A stretch of 64,000 nt of DNA from IMG/VR virus record IMGVR_UViG_2716884858_000003, positions 50,479-114,478 of that record. One strand, written 5' to 3'. The stretch comes from a virus. Taxonomy: Duplodnaviria > Caudoviricetes. The stretch's first letter is position 1; every line of letters starts with the position of its first letter. The translations under genes were made by a program, and so were the position numbers. Below the pieces are notes generated by a model. The model did not search any database, was not told where the DNA came from, and saw nothing but the letters and a program-made list of their open reading frames with translations. Shown one piece after another: positions 47,626 through 57,251 of the stretch.

Positions 47626-48234
47626 ATGGCTTTGCAGGTCAACGCCGTCCAGGACGCGGCGGAGGCGGTGCTGGCATGCGTGTGCGCAGCTCTGCAGGAC
47701 GCGGCTGAAACGGTCGAGGGTCAGCGCGGGTGCCCGTGCCGCGCCTGCCTGGTCCCAGCGATGCCAGCCTGGGACTCCTGTGATGACCCGTGCAACGAGG
47801 CTCCGGCCGGCGGCGCGGGCGGCCAGTTGTCCGTCTCGGTCGCCCGGTTGTTCCCGTCCACGGAGTTCCCCACCCAGGACCGCACCCTGTCCGTCACCCA
47901 GGCGCGGGGCCGGCTCGCCTGTGCCGCGCCCGCGGCCATGGCGGTGGAGCTGGTGGTCACGCTGCTGCGCTGCGCCCCCACGTTCGATGTAGGCGGCTGC
48001 CCGCCGCCTTGCGATGCGCTGGGGGAGGCGGCGCGCATCCTGCATACGGACATGGTGGTCGTGCGCAACGCCGTGGAGTGCTGCCTGCCGACCACGGGCG
48101 AGCAGCGGCGCGGCCGGGTGGTGTTCGTCGGGGAGTCCCGCACGGTCGGCCCACAGGGCGGCTGCGTGGGGTTCGAGCAGCGCGTCACGGTGCAGCTGCC
48201 AGGCTGCGGATGCCCGCAGGAGGACACGCTATGA
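47626..48234 (+). CDS. Cys-rich tail completion/terminator-like protein
   Basis: GGQLSV..LLRCAP..GPQGGCVG; position. Confidence 0.6.
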   Translation: MALQVNAVQDAAEAVLACVCAALQDAAETVEGQRGCPCRACLVPAMPAWDSCDDPCNEAPAGGAGGQLSVSVARLFPSTEFPTQDRTLSVTQARGRLACAAPAAMAVELVVTLLRCAPTFDVGGCPPPCDALGEAARILHTDMVVVRNAVECCLPTTGEQRRGRVVFVGESRTVGPQGGCVGFEQRVTVQLPGCGCPQEDTL

Positions 48235-48608
48235 GCGTGGAGGTACGCATCGACCAGGGCGCCCTGCTGCGCCTGCTGCGGGCTCGTGGCGGGATCGCAC
48301 GGCGCAAGCTCCAGCAGAAGGTGGACCGCGTCGCCCGCATCGCGGAGGCGGAGGCCCCCGGGAGCATGGGCGACTACATCGAGACGGACGTCAGGGAGGG
48401 GCCGCGCGGCCTGGAGGGCGTGGTCACCTGCACCCACCCCAAGGCCCGCCTGGTCCTGGAGGGCACCAGGCCGCACCCCATCCGGCCTCGTCGGCGCAAC
48501 TTTCTGCGGTTCGAGGTCGGCGGCGACGTGGTGTTCACCAAGCTGGTCCGCCACCCCGGGACCAGGCCCAACAACTTCCTGGCCAGGGCGCTGCGCCTGG
48601 GGCGATGA
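48231..48608 (+). CDS. HK97 gp10-like neck protein
   Basis: EGTRPHPIRP..LRF..VRHPGTRPNNFL..AL. Confidence 0.7.
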   Translation: MSVEVRIDQGALLRLLRARGGIARRKLQQKVDRVARIAEAEAPGSMGDYIETDVREGPRGLEGVVTCTHPKARLVLEGTRPHPIRPRRRNFLRFEVGGDVVFTKLVRHPGTRPNNFLARALRLGR

Positions 48609-48629
48609 GGATATCGGCTCTACCGCACG

Positions 48630-49403
48630 TCACATTTCCAGAGCTTTTTGCGCCTCGCGAATGAAATCTCGGACTGCCCTGTCGAACGCGTCGAGCCCCC
48701 TAGAGGAGGGCGCCCAGCCTTGCTGGATGGGGGAGATGAGTGCTTCATAGTCCTGATCTGACAATCGAAGGCGACCGTTAATTTGCTCCATCTGTTGGAC
48801 TATTTCATTCGCTTCGTCGGGGATAATCCGACGGTTACTATTCGGGTGATACTCGGCCCTACGGGACATTACGCGCACGAGCTGTGAACTGAGGTCGCGG
48901 AGGCTGGCCGCGTCTGGCGAGTCCCGTGCCTGTTTCAAGTGGTGGCACACGCGAGTTGATCGCAGCCACTGCGGTTGCATCTTTGACAGGCTGTTCACTC
49001 TTATGTGGACCATGACTGCCGCTTTGGATACCGCCGCGGGTCCTTCGAGTTGCACCACGTTCAACTGCGTGTACGCCACGTGTTCTCGTTGACCTCGCGC
49101 CGAGCGATACTCTGTTAAATCGAGCGTTTCACCCAAAGGTGCGTCTGGGAAGGCGGAGATCGCTTGTTGCCAGTCGTTGATGGCAACGAGGAAGCTGACG
49201 TATGCGTCCCGCATAACGCCCCTTCGCCATTGTCTATGGGCTGCCAGTGCCTGCGAATTGACTGCGTCAAGTGCTGCGGTTGCCTGAGCGCTAGCTGCGT
49301 CAAGGGCAGCGCGCATCTGCCACCGGCCGACCAGGAGAGCTGTGGGCACGCTGACCGCGGCTACAGCGGCGGCCGCGATCGCTCCGACGCCTGCAAGATC
49401 CAT
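48630..49403 (-). CDS. Moron, N-terminal TM hypothetical protein, low GC
   Basis: Opposite strand, atypical composition; start MDLAG inferred. Confidence 0.65.
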   Translation of the reverse strand: MDLAGVGAIAAAAVAAVSVPTALLVGRWQMRAALDAASAQATAALDAVNSQALAAHRQWRRGVMRDAYVSFLVAINDWQQAISAFPDAPLGETLDLTEYRSARGQREHVAYTQLNVVQLEGPAAVSKAAVMVHIRVNSLSKMQPQWLRSTRVCHHLKQARDSPDAASLRDLSSQLVRVMSRRAEYHPNSNRRIIPDEANEIVQQMEQINGRLRLSDQDYEALISPIQQGWAPSSRGLDAFDRAVRDFIREAQKALEM

Positions 49404-49485
49404 GGGCCCAGCATGGCGTAACCACCGCTTTCCCCATCGGTGGTTTCGCAATTGCGCAACGCCCACCTGACGATGTGGCTCGGGC

Positions 49486-49554
49486 TACCCTGATCCTTAC
49501 GCCGACTGGTTGAGGGCCGGGCGAGGTGCGGGAGACGAGGACACACCCCGTGGC
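49486..49554 (+). promoter_or_regulatory. Late leader element
   Basis: TACCCT 49486; CGC-CGA-CTGGTT-GAG-GGCCGG-GCG 49500-49523. Confidence 0.7.
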
Positions 49555-50077
49555 ACAGAAGAACTTCGCTTTCAACACCGAACCTCACGTTGCCACCGTC
49601 AACGGCCATGACCTGCTGTTCCAGGCCGAAGTGATGGGCGATGAGTTCATGGACGCCTTCCAGGAGTTGAAGGACGCCCAGGCGGCGGCCTCCGGGATCG
49701 ACCTGGACGACCTGTCGACGCTGGACCCGGCCAAGCTGCGCGGCGCCGCCCGCGGCCTGCGCCTGTTCGTCGCCCGCCTCATGCTCCCGGAGAGTGCCCA
49801 GGAGTTCCTGGCCGTGGAGGTCGTCAAGGACGGCGTGCTGCTGTCCTCCCACCAGGACTGGGGCGAGGCGCAGCAGGCCGCGGACCAGACGGCGGGCGCG
49901 CGGGTGAAGTGGGCGATGCCCATGCCGGACCGCATCCTGGTCGCCCTCATGGAGTGGGTGACGGAGCTGTACGGAGGTGGGGCAGACAAGCGCCCTCCTA
50001 CGTCACGTGGCGGCTCTGCGAAAGCATCGCCGCGGGCTGGGAAGAGTGGTCCGGCGCGCTCGCGCTCGAAGGGGTAG
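49550..50077 (+). CDS. Tail assembly chaperone (G-like)
   Basis: Upstream of tape measure; ELYG..RPPT then low-complexity tail. Confidence 0.75.
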   Translation: MAQKNFAFNTEPHVATVNGHDLLFQAEVMGDEFMDAFQELKDAQAAASGIDLDDLSTLDPAKLRGAARGLRLFVARLMLPESAQEFLAVEVVKDGVLLSSHQDWGEAQQAADQTAGARVKWAMPMPDRILVALMEWVTELYGGGADKRPPTSRGGSAKASPRAGKSGPARSRSKG

Positions 50078-50328
50078 ACCTCCACGCCTGGCGACTGCGC
50101 ACCATGCTCGCCGCCGCCGAGGCCGCTATCGACGCGTCCGCCAAGGACGACCAGGAGCGGGCGCGCACCCGGGCCAAGCTGTACGCCCCGCCCCGGGGCC
50201 AGCGGCCCCCCGCGCGGTCGGCTGGGCCCGCAGCCAGCGGGCGGGGGATGAGCGTGGCCCAGGCCCAGGCGCTCATGGCCAGCGTGGCCGCCGAAGACGC
50301 CCAGGTCGCTGGCGGTCGTAGCGGATAG
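49993..50328 (+). CDS. Tail assembly chaperone T-like extension (-1 frame)
   Basis: Overlapping -1 frame PSYVTWRL..RAKLYAPP with no clear own start. Confidence 0.65.
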   Translation, partial: PSYVTWRLCESIAAGWEEWSGALALEGVDLHAWRLRTMLAAAEAAIDASAKDDQERARTRAKLYAPPRGQRPPARSAGPAASGRGMSVAQAQALMASVAAEDAQVAGGRSG

Positions 50329-50420
50329 TCTGGGATCACGGCAGGCCCCTCGTGGGGGCCGCCTCTCGCCGACTGGTTAAGGGCCGGGCACCACCACTCA
50401 CTAGTGGGGGCCGCCCGGTG
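50326..50420 (+). promoter_or_regulatory. Late leader element (tape measure)
   Basis: TAGTCT 50326; bulged hairpin 50340-50363; GC-CGA-CTGGTT-AAG-GGCCGG-GC 50368-50389. Confidence 0.7.
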
Positions 50421-53400
50421 GCCGGCGAGGACGAGGATTTCGGCTCGGCATCCGTCCGCATCGTTCTGGACGACGCCGACGCCGTGGCGGACGCCCGGGA
50501 TCTTGGGCTCCGCATCAAGCGGGCCCTGGACCGCGCCACCCGGGACGCCGGCGAGCAGATCCGGGCCAACATCCAGCGCGGCCTGCGGGACGTGTCGGTC
50601 GCCGTCCAGGTGACCCCGGACATGTCCCAGCTCCGGGACAGGATCGAACGAGCGGCGTTCTTCGCCACCGCGGGCGCGGAGCTGCGGGTGCCGGTCCTGC
50701 CGGACCTGGACGACTTCGTCACGCGCATCCGGGCGCTGCTGGCGGGCGAGGAGTTCGAGGTCCGGGTCATCCCGAACCTGGACGACTTCGACGCCCGCAT
50801 TCGGGCGCACCGGGCCCCCACCATCACGGTGGACGTCGAGTTCGACAACGACGGCCTGGTGCGCGCCCTGTCGGGCCTGGGCAAGGTGGCCGGCCGCATC
50901 GGCGGCGTCCTGCTCAACACCCTCAAGTTCGCCGGTATCGGTATCGCCGCCGCCGGGGCCGCGGCAGGGATCGGCAAGTTCGTTGCCGCGCTGGCCCCGG
51001 CGGCCGGGCTCATCGCCGCGGGCCCCGCGGTCATCCTCGGATTTCAGTCCGCCCTGGGCGGCCTCAAGCTCGCGCTGTCCGGCGTCTCCGACGCGTTCAA
51101 GTCGGCGCTGACGGACAACGCGGAGAAGTTCGAGAAGTCGCTAGAGAAGCTCTCGCCCAAGGCCCAGGCGGCGGCGCGCGAGGTCCGCGCCCTCAAGCCC
51201 GCGTTCGAGGACCTGCGCAACACCGTTCAAGACGGGTTCTTCGCCCAGATCGAGGGGCAGATCACCAGCACCGCCAAAGCTCTGGGCGGGCCCCTCAAGA
51301 CCGGGCTGACCGGCATCTCCACCGCGTGGGGCGTGGCGGCCAAGAACGCCCTGGGGTACGTGAAGGGCTCCCAGGGCGTGGCCAACGTCCGCTCCATCCT
51401 GGGCGGTGCGCAGGCGGCGACCGAGGGCCTTTCCCAGACCACCAACCGGCTCACCGCCGGCCTGCTCCAGGTGGCCGCTGTCGTCTCGGACCGGTTCGGC
51501 GCAGAGCTGTCCGGCGGCATCGCCAACCTGGGCCAGCGGATCGGGGACTTCCTCCAGCGGATCGCGTCCGGCGGCCAGGCCGTGGCGTGGGTGGACGGCG
51601 CTCTCAACACCCTGGCCCGTCTCGGCGACATCGCCGGGAACGTCAAGGGCATCTTTACCGGGCTGTTCCAGGCCGGGGAGGGAGCCGGCGCCGGGGTGCT
51701 CAACAACCTCCAGACCGTCACCAAGGCCGTCTCGGAGTTCGTCAACTCCACCCAGGGCCAGACCGCCCTGGGGAACGTCTTCGCCACCGTCGGGCAGGTG
51801 GCCCAGCAACTCGGGCCGATCATCTCTGCCCTGGTGTCGAATCTCGGGCAGATCGCGCCGGCCGTAGCGCCGATCCTGGCCGGGTTCGGCCCTGTGCTGG
51901 TGGGGGTGATCAGCCAGCTCGGTGCCGCCGCCCAGGGGGCGCTGCCGCAACTGTCGGTCGCTCTGCAGCAGATCGGTGCCGCCGCCGTCTCCTTGGGCCC
52001 TGCCCTGCCGCCGCTTGCTGCTGCGGCGGCTGCCTTGGCCCGCTCCGCGGCTGACCTGGTCGTCGCCCTGGCCCCCGCGGTCACGTTGCTCGTCCAGTTG
52101 GTCGCCCCGGTGATCAACCTCGCGGCGCCGTTGATCGTCGCCGGTGCTGCGGTGTTCGGCCTGGTCAAGGTGATCAAGAGCGCCATTGCCATCTTCCGGC
52201 TGCTCCAAGGGGTCTGGCTCGCGCTGAACGCGGCGTTCGTGGCCTCGCCGATCGGCGTCATCATCGTGGCCGTCATCGGCCTGGTGGCGGCCATCTACCT
52301 GCTGTACCAGCGGTTCGCGATCGTCCGCACGGTGGTCGATGCCGTGGGCCGCGCACTGCGGGACGGCTTCCTGGCAGCGGTCGGGTTCGTGAAGTCCGCG
52401 GCCTCCCAGATCGCTGGCTTCTTCGTCGGCGCCTTCAACTCGGCCAAGTCGGCGGTGTCGTCCGGGATCGATGCCGTGGTCGGGTTCTTCACTGGCTTGC
52501 CAGGCAAGATCACTTCCGGGCTGTCGTCGCTGGGTTCCACCACCGGCCAGTTCTTCGTCAGTGCGTTCGAGACCGCCAAGGCCGGGCTGACGACCGCCAC
52601 TCAGGCCGTGGTCGACTTCTTCGTGGCGCTGCCTGGCCGGATCGTGGCCGCCCTGGTCGCGCTGCCCGGGCTGCTGCTCGGGGCCTTCACCAGCGCCGTC
52701 GCGTTTTTGATCATCGGCCTGCTGACCGTTGTCGCCGGGATCGTGTTCGTCTTCACCGAACTGCCCGGCCGGATCTACAACGCCCTGGTCGGTCTGGGTC
52801 AGTTCCTGATCACCGCCTTTGTGGCCGGGTTCAACGCCGTGACGTCCACGGTGTCCGACTGGATCTCGGCCACGGTCGCGTTCTTCCAGGCGCTGCCAGG
52901 CCGGGTGTACTCCGCGCTGGTCTCCATCGGCTCCTTCCTGCTGCGCGCCTTCACAGCCGGGTTCAACGCCACCCGCTCCGCCGTGTCCGGCTGGATCTCC
53001 TCCACCGTCGGGTTCTTCCGAGCCCTGCCCGGCCAGGTCTCCGGCGCGCTGGCGTCCCTGGGCTCGTTCCTGCTGCGGAACTTCACCAGCGCGTTCAACT
53101 CCGCACGGTCCGGGATCACCTCTTTCATCTCGTCCGCCGTGGGGTTCTTCCGGGCCCTGCCCGGCCGAGTCGCCAGCTCCCTGGCCTCCCTGCCCGGGCG
53201 GATCGCCTCCGCGTTCACCAGCGCCGCCGGCCGGGCGCGCACGGCGGTGTCCGGGCTGATCTCCGGGGTGGTCGGCCTCTTCCGCGGCCTGCCCGGCGCC
53301 ATCCTCGGCGCCATCGGCAACATCGGCGGCCAGATCATCGCCAAGGTCAAGTCCGGTATCCCGTCCAGCGTCCGCAAGTACCTGCCGTTCGCCAAGGGCG

Positions 53401-54884
53401 GCATCGTGTACGGGCCCACCCATGCCCTCATCGGTGAGGCCGGGCCCGAGGTCGTCATCCCGCTGACCAACCCCAAGCGCGCCGCCGAGCTCGCCCATCA
53501 GTCCGGCCTGCTCGGCATCCTGGCCAGCCAGACCCGCGGCCTGGCCGCGGCGGCGGCCGCGACGACGAGCAGCAGCGGCGCCCAAGTGGGCGGCGCCGTG
53601 TCCACGCTGCGCTCCCTGCTCGCCGGCATCGGCAGCCTGCTGGACAACGTGGGCGCCAACGTCGTGCAGGGCATGGTCGACGGCATCCGCAACAACGCCG
53701 GCCTGGTCGCCACCGCCGCCACCGAGATGGCCGACACCGCGGCGGTCGCCGCCCGGAACACCCTGGAGATCCACAGCCCCAGCAAGGTTTTCACCAAGAT
53801 CGGCCGGGACGTGGGCCGCGGTTTCGTGGCCGGCCTGACCGGCACTGCCTCCCAGATCAAGAGCACCACGGAGAAGCTGGTCCGTGACATCCAGAACGCT
53901 TTCTCCGGGAAGAAGACCCGGCTGGATGACCGCCTGGTGGCGATGCTCGACGCCGGGAACAAGCGCCTCACCACCCTGGCCGCCCAGCGCGATGCCCTGG
54001 CCAAGAAGATCGCGGACGCGCAGAAGTTCGCCGCGGACACCACCAGCCAGGCGTTGCAGGCGTTCTCCCTCCAGAACCTGTCCCAGGGTCTGGCCGACGG
54101 CCAGGCGCTCACCGCCAAGACCCTGACGGCCAGCCTTCAGGGCGCGGTGGACCAGGTGAAGCGGTTCTCTGCCCAGCTCAACAACCTGGCCGCCCGGGGC
54201 CTGCGTAAGGACCTGCTCCAGCAGCTCGTGGGCCTGGGTCCCCAGCAGGGCGCGGAGCTCGCCACCGCCCTGGCCTCCGCCACCAAGGACCAGTTGAAGC
54301 GGCTTAACAGTGTCCAGGCGGAGCTGACCAAGGCATCCGGCACTCTCGGCAACACCTCCGCCGACGTCTTGTTCGACGCTGGGAAGCAGGCCGGTAAGGG
54401 GTTCCTCACCGGGTTGCAGGGCCAGCGCAAGAGCATTGAAAAGTTGATGCTCGACATCGCCAAGGGGATGCAGAGCGCCATCCGTACGGCGCTCAAGATC
54501 CACAGTCCCTCGCTCGTGATGCGGCGCATCGGCGAGTACACGGGCGCCGGCCTGGAGCTCGGCCTGGTGCAGCGCATGGCCGGGATCATGCGCGCGTCCA
54601 CGGCGGCGGCCCGCTCGATGGTGGACGCGGTCGCCGGACAGTTCGGCCTGCTGCCCGGGCGGGTCTCCTCCTCGCTCGGCGCGGTGGGCGACCTGGGCGC
54701 GGGCGTGGTGCCACTGACCCGGGCGCAGCGCGCCCGCCAGGCCGGGGCCGCGGAGGCCGCAGGAGGCGGCCGGTTCGGGTCCGGAACGACCATCAACAAC
54801 CACTTCGAGATCCGGGAGGTGGGCGACGGGCACGTGACCGCCCACCGCGTCGTCAACCGGCTCGTGTACGCGGCGGGATTGTGA
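50418..54884 (+). CDS. Tape measure protein
   Basis: Long Ala/Gly helical protein, FF.ALPG repeats, FAKGG..GEAGPE, two IHSPS motifs; GTG 50418 inferred. Confidence 0.92.
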   Translation: MAGEDEDFGSASVRIVLDDADAVADARDLGLRIKRALDRATRDAGEQIRANIQRGLRDVSVAVQVTPDMSQLRDRIERAAFFATAGAELRVPVLPDLDDFVTRIRALLAGEEFEVRVIPNLDDFDARIRAHRAPTITVDVEFDNDGLVRALSGLGKVAGRIGGVLLNTLKFAGIGIAAAGAAAGIGKFVAALAPAAGLIAAGPAVILGFQSALGGLKLALSGVSDAFKSALTDNAEKFEKSLEKLSPKAQAAAREVRALKPAFEDLRNTVQDGFFAQIEGQITSTAKALGGPLKTGLTGISTAWGVAAKNALGYVKGSQGVANVRSILGGAQAATEGLSQTTNRLTAGLLQVAAVVSDRFGAELSGGIANLGQRIGDFLQRIASGGQAVAWVDGALNTLARLGDIAGNVKGIFTGLFQAGEGAGAGVLNNLQTVTKAVSEFVNSTQGQTALGNVFATVGQVAQQLGPIISALVSNLGQIAPAVAPILAGFGPVLVGVISQLGAAAQGALPQLSVALQQIGAAAVSLGPALPPLAAAAAALARSAADLVVALAPAVTLLVQLVAPVINLAAPLIVAGAAVFGLVKVIKSAIAIFRLLQGVWLALNAAFVASPIGVIIVAVIGLVAAIYLLYQRFAIVRTVVDAVGRALRDGFLAAVGFVKSAASQIAGFFVGAFNSAKSAVSSGIDAVVGFFTGLPGKITSGLSSLGSTTGQFFVSAFETAKAGLTTATQAVVDFFVALPGRIVAALVALPGLLLGAFTSAVAFLIIGLLTVVAGIVFVFTELPGRIYNALVGLGQFLITAFVAGFNAVTSTVSDWISATVAFFQALPGRVYSALVSIGSFLLRAFTAGFNATRSAVSGWISSTVGFFRALPGQVSGALASLGSFLLRNFTSAFNSARSGITSFISSAVGFFRALPGRVASSLASLPGRIASAFTSAAGRARTAVSGLISGVVGLFRGLPGAILGAIGNIGGQIIAKVKSGIPSSVRKYLPFAKGGIVYGPTHALIGEAGPEVVIPLTNPKRAAELAHQSGLLGILASQTRGLAAAAAATTSSSGAQVGGAVSTLRSLLAGIGSLLDNVGANVVQGMVDGIRNNAGLVATAATEMADTAAVAARNTLEIHSPSKVFTKIGRDVGRGFVAGLTGTASQIKSTTEKLVRDIQNAFSGKKTRLDDRLVAMLDAGNKRLTTLAAQRDALAKKIADAQKFAADTTSQALQAFSLQNLSQGLADGQALTAKTLTASLQGAVDQVKRFSAQLNNLAARGLRKDLLQQLVGLGPQQGAELATALASATKDQLKRLNSVQAELTKASGTLGNTSADVLFDAGKQAGKGFLTGLQGQRKSIEKLMLDIAKGMQSAIRTALKIHSPSLVMRRIGEYTGAGLELGLVQRMAGIMRASTAAARSMVDAVAGQFGLLPGRVSSSLGAVGDLGAGVVPLTRAQRARQAGAAEAAGGGRFGSGTTINNHFEIREVGDGHVTAHRVVNRLVYAAGL

Positions 54885-54891
54885 GGGGCTG

Positions 54892-56211
54892 ATGACGGCC
54901 GAGTGGTACATGGAGTACGGCGGCGTCGAGATCGTGAACCATACGAGGCTCGACCAGTACCTGGAAACGGTGGGCTCCCCGCTGGACACCGGCGGCGGCT
55001 GCGGGTGCCCCACCTTCACCAACGAGGTGCTGGACCAACTGCCCCACACGACACCGGATGACGCGGACAACCCTGCGCCCTGGTACGACCCGGACGTGCC
55101 GGAGTCCAAGGAGTTCGCCGGCGTCATGGTGCTGGACGTCGCCGGCCTGGACGACTACCCCGTGCAGCGCACCGTCACCGGCGGGATCGCAGGCGGCTGC
55201 GCCATCGGCCCCGCGCGGGCCCTGCCGCGCACCATCACCGTGACCGCGATCCTGCTCGGGTCCACCTGCTGCGGCGTGGAGTACGGCCTCCAGTTCCTCG
55301 CCCAGGCCCTCCAGGGATGCGCGGGCGGGGACTGTGAGGGGGACTGCCTGGTCGTGTACGCCTGCTGTCCCGGAGGCGGCCTGACCCCGGCGGAGTTCAA
55401 CCGGCGGCACCGGCGCACGCTGCGCCGTGTCGCCCTCGTGGAGGGCCCCCGAGTCACGGCGCGGGCCGGGACGGGCTGCTCGACGGGGACGTGCCAGTCC
55501 GGGGCGGACATCCTCACCGTGGAATGGGTGATGACCGCCGCGGTGCCGTGGCTGTATACGGACCCCCTGCCCGTCATGGAGGTCACCCCGCCCATGGACC
55601 TGGACGGGTCCTGCGTGGAGTGGTGCCTGCACCCGGCCGGGGACGCGGGCTGCCCGGGCGGCTGCAAGTTCGCCGCCTGCGTGGACCCCACCGCGGCGTG
55701 CGCGGACACCCGCTGCCTCCCGGAGGCCCCACCCCTGCCCGGTGCTCCGCTTTCCACCTGCTTCTGCTTGCCGTTGGCGACGGAGCGCGCCTGCTACCCG
55801 ATGGACCTCACCGGCCGGCCGAACTGGTCCACGGACCTGCCCGTCATCACGGTGCGGTCCGGGTCGACGGAGCTGCGCAACCTCACCATCGCCATCTACG
55901 AGAGCGGCGAGGCGGGCATGACGTGCGACCAGGTCGCAGACTTCAAGCGGTGCACGCCGGTCAACTACTTCCACGTGGCCTACGTGCCGGCCGGAGGCGC
56001 CGTCACCCTGGACGGCCAGACCGGCCGGTCCACCGTGGAGTGCGGCGGCACCTGCGAGTCCAGCCCGGACGTGTACGGCCTGGACGGCATGCCGGTGACC
56101 TTCCAGCCCCTGGACTGCTCGACGTACTGCATCTGCCTGGAAACCGACCTGCAGAGCCCACCCGCGCTTGACGCCCTGGTCACCCTCAACGTCTCGGGCA
56201 GGGGGCGGTAA
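54892..56211 (+). CDS. Distal tail/minor tail protein, Cys-rich
   Basis: Follows tape measure; GGVEIVN..APWYDP; 29 Cys in 439 aa by manual count. Confidence 0.75.
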   Translation: MTAEWYMEYGGVEIVNHTRLDQYLETVGSPLDTGGGCGCPTFTNEVLDQLPHTTPDDADNPAPWYDPDVPESKEFAGVMVLDVAGLDDYPVQRTVTGGIAGGCAIGPARALPRTITVTAILLGSTCCGVEYGLQFLAQALQGCAGGDCEGDCLVVYACCPGGGLTPAEFNRRHRRTLRRVALVEGPRVTARAGTGCSTGTCQSGADILTVEWVMTAAVPWLYTDPLPVMEVTPPMDLDGSCVEWCLHPAGDAGCPGGCKFAACVDPTAACADTRCLPEAPPLPGAPLSTCFCLPLATERACYPMDLTGRPNWSTDLPVITVRSGSTELRNLTIAIYESGEAGMTCDQVADFKRCTPVNYFHVAYVPAGGAVTLDGQTGRSTVECGGTCESSPDVYGLDGMPVTFQPLDCSTYCICLETDLQSPPALDALVTLNVSGRGR

Positions 56212-57251
56212 TGGCGGTCGCCGGCTGCGGCACGCACCAGGCCATGGTGCTGGACAGGAGCGGTGCCACGGTGGCCGTCGCCAACGTGCTCACGTCCGTG
56301 GAGTGGACCCGCGTCCTGGACGGCGTGTCGACGGCCCAGGCCACCATCAACCCGGACGGGGACTGCTGCGGTCGTCTCGGGCGTATCTCCACGTGGCGCT
56401 CCCGCCTGGTCATCTTCCGTGACGGCCAGTACGTGTGGGACGGGCCGATCACCGGCATCACCTGGTCCCTTGGCCAGGTGGAGATCCGCGCCCAGGACGC
56501 CCTGGCGTGGCTCGGGGACCGCGTGCCGCACGAGAACAAGACCTTCACCAACGCGGACCTGTCCGAGATCGCCGAGTGGCTGATCGAGGACGGCTACCGG
56601 CCGGATGACCCGGGCCACACGGTGGAGGTGGTGGGCAAGGCCGGGGTGTCCGGCTCCCGCTCCTACAGCGCCGGTTTCGGCCAGACCCTGGACCACCTGG
56701 GCCAGTTGGCCGAGGCCGGTATCGACTACACGGCCATCGGCTCCAAGATCCTGCTGCTCCCGGAAACGCACCTGGTGCCGGTGGGCCGCCTGTCGGACAC
56801 GGACCTGCCGGACGGCCTGGAGGTGAGCGAGGACGGCACCGGCCTGGCCACCCGCTGGATCGTCGCTGGCAGTGAGGGCAGCGGCGTTATCGGCACGGCC
56901 GGAGGCATCGATCCGTACTACGGGCTGCACGAGCGGTACGTGGAACAGACGGAGATCACCGACCAGGCATCAGCGGACCAGGCGGCCGGGGCGCGGCAGC
57001 GGGCGTCTGGCACGGTGCCGGTGGTGATCGACACCCAGCAGGTCACCATCAGCCCGGAGGCCGCTGTCAACGTGCCTTCCCTTGTGCCCGGCTGGTGCCT
57101 GGACGTCACGTCGGCGTCCACCTGCCGCACCGTGCGCCAGCGGCTGAAGATCACCGGCCTGCGGGTGGCGGAGACCGGCGGGAACGACAACAACCCAGGT
57201 TCCGAGAGCGTGCAGGTGCAGGTAGCGGCGAGCGGAGCGGAGAACCCCTGA
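56211..57251 (+). CDS. Minor tail (hub, Gp37-like) protein
   Basis: VEWTRVLD..FRDG..VWDGPI..LVPGW. Confidence 0.75.
   Translation: MAVAGCGTHQAMVLDRSGATVAVANVLTSVEWTRVLDGVSTAQATINPDGDCCGRLGRISTWRSRLVIFRDGQYVWDGPITGITWSLGQVEIRAQDALAWLGDRVPHENKTFTNADLSEIAEWLIEDGYRPDDPGHTVEVVGKAGVSGSRSYSAGFGQTLDHLGQLAEAGIDYTAIGSKILLLPETHLVPVGRLSDTDLPDGLEVSEDGTGLATRWIVAGSEGSGVIGTAGGIDPYYGLHERYVEQTEITDQASADQAAGARQRASGTVPVVIDTQQVTISPEAAVNVPSLVPGWCLDVTSASTCRTVRQRLKITGLRVAETGGNDNNPGSESVQVQVAASGAENP

Noticed and set aside
52400-53330. Periodic FF.ALPG repeats in tape measure as novel
   Set aside because: Ordinary tape-measure periodicity
24072-55127. Long antisense ORFs (e.g. 24072-27500, 28683-30377, 42786-45455, 51141-55127)
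   Set aside because: Shadows of high-GC3 genes on the opposite strand; no motifs
45370-57251. Contractile injection system / tailocin
   Set aside because: No sheath or baseplate wedge genes; portal and capsid genes present
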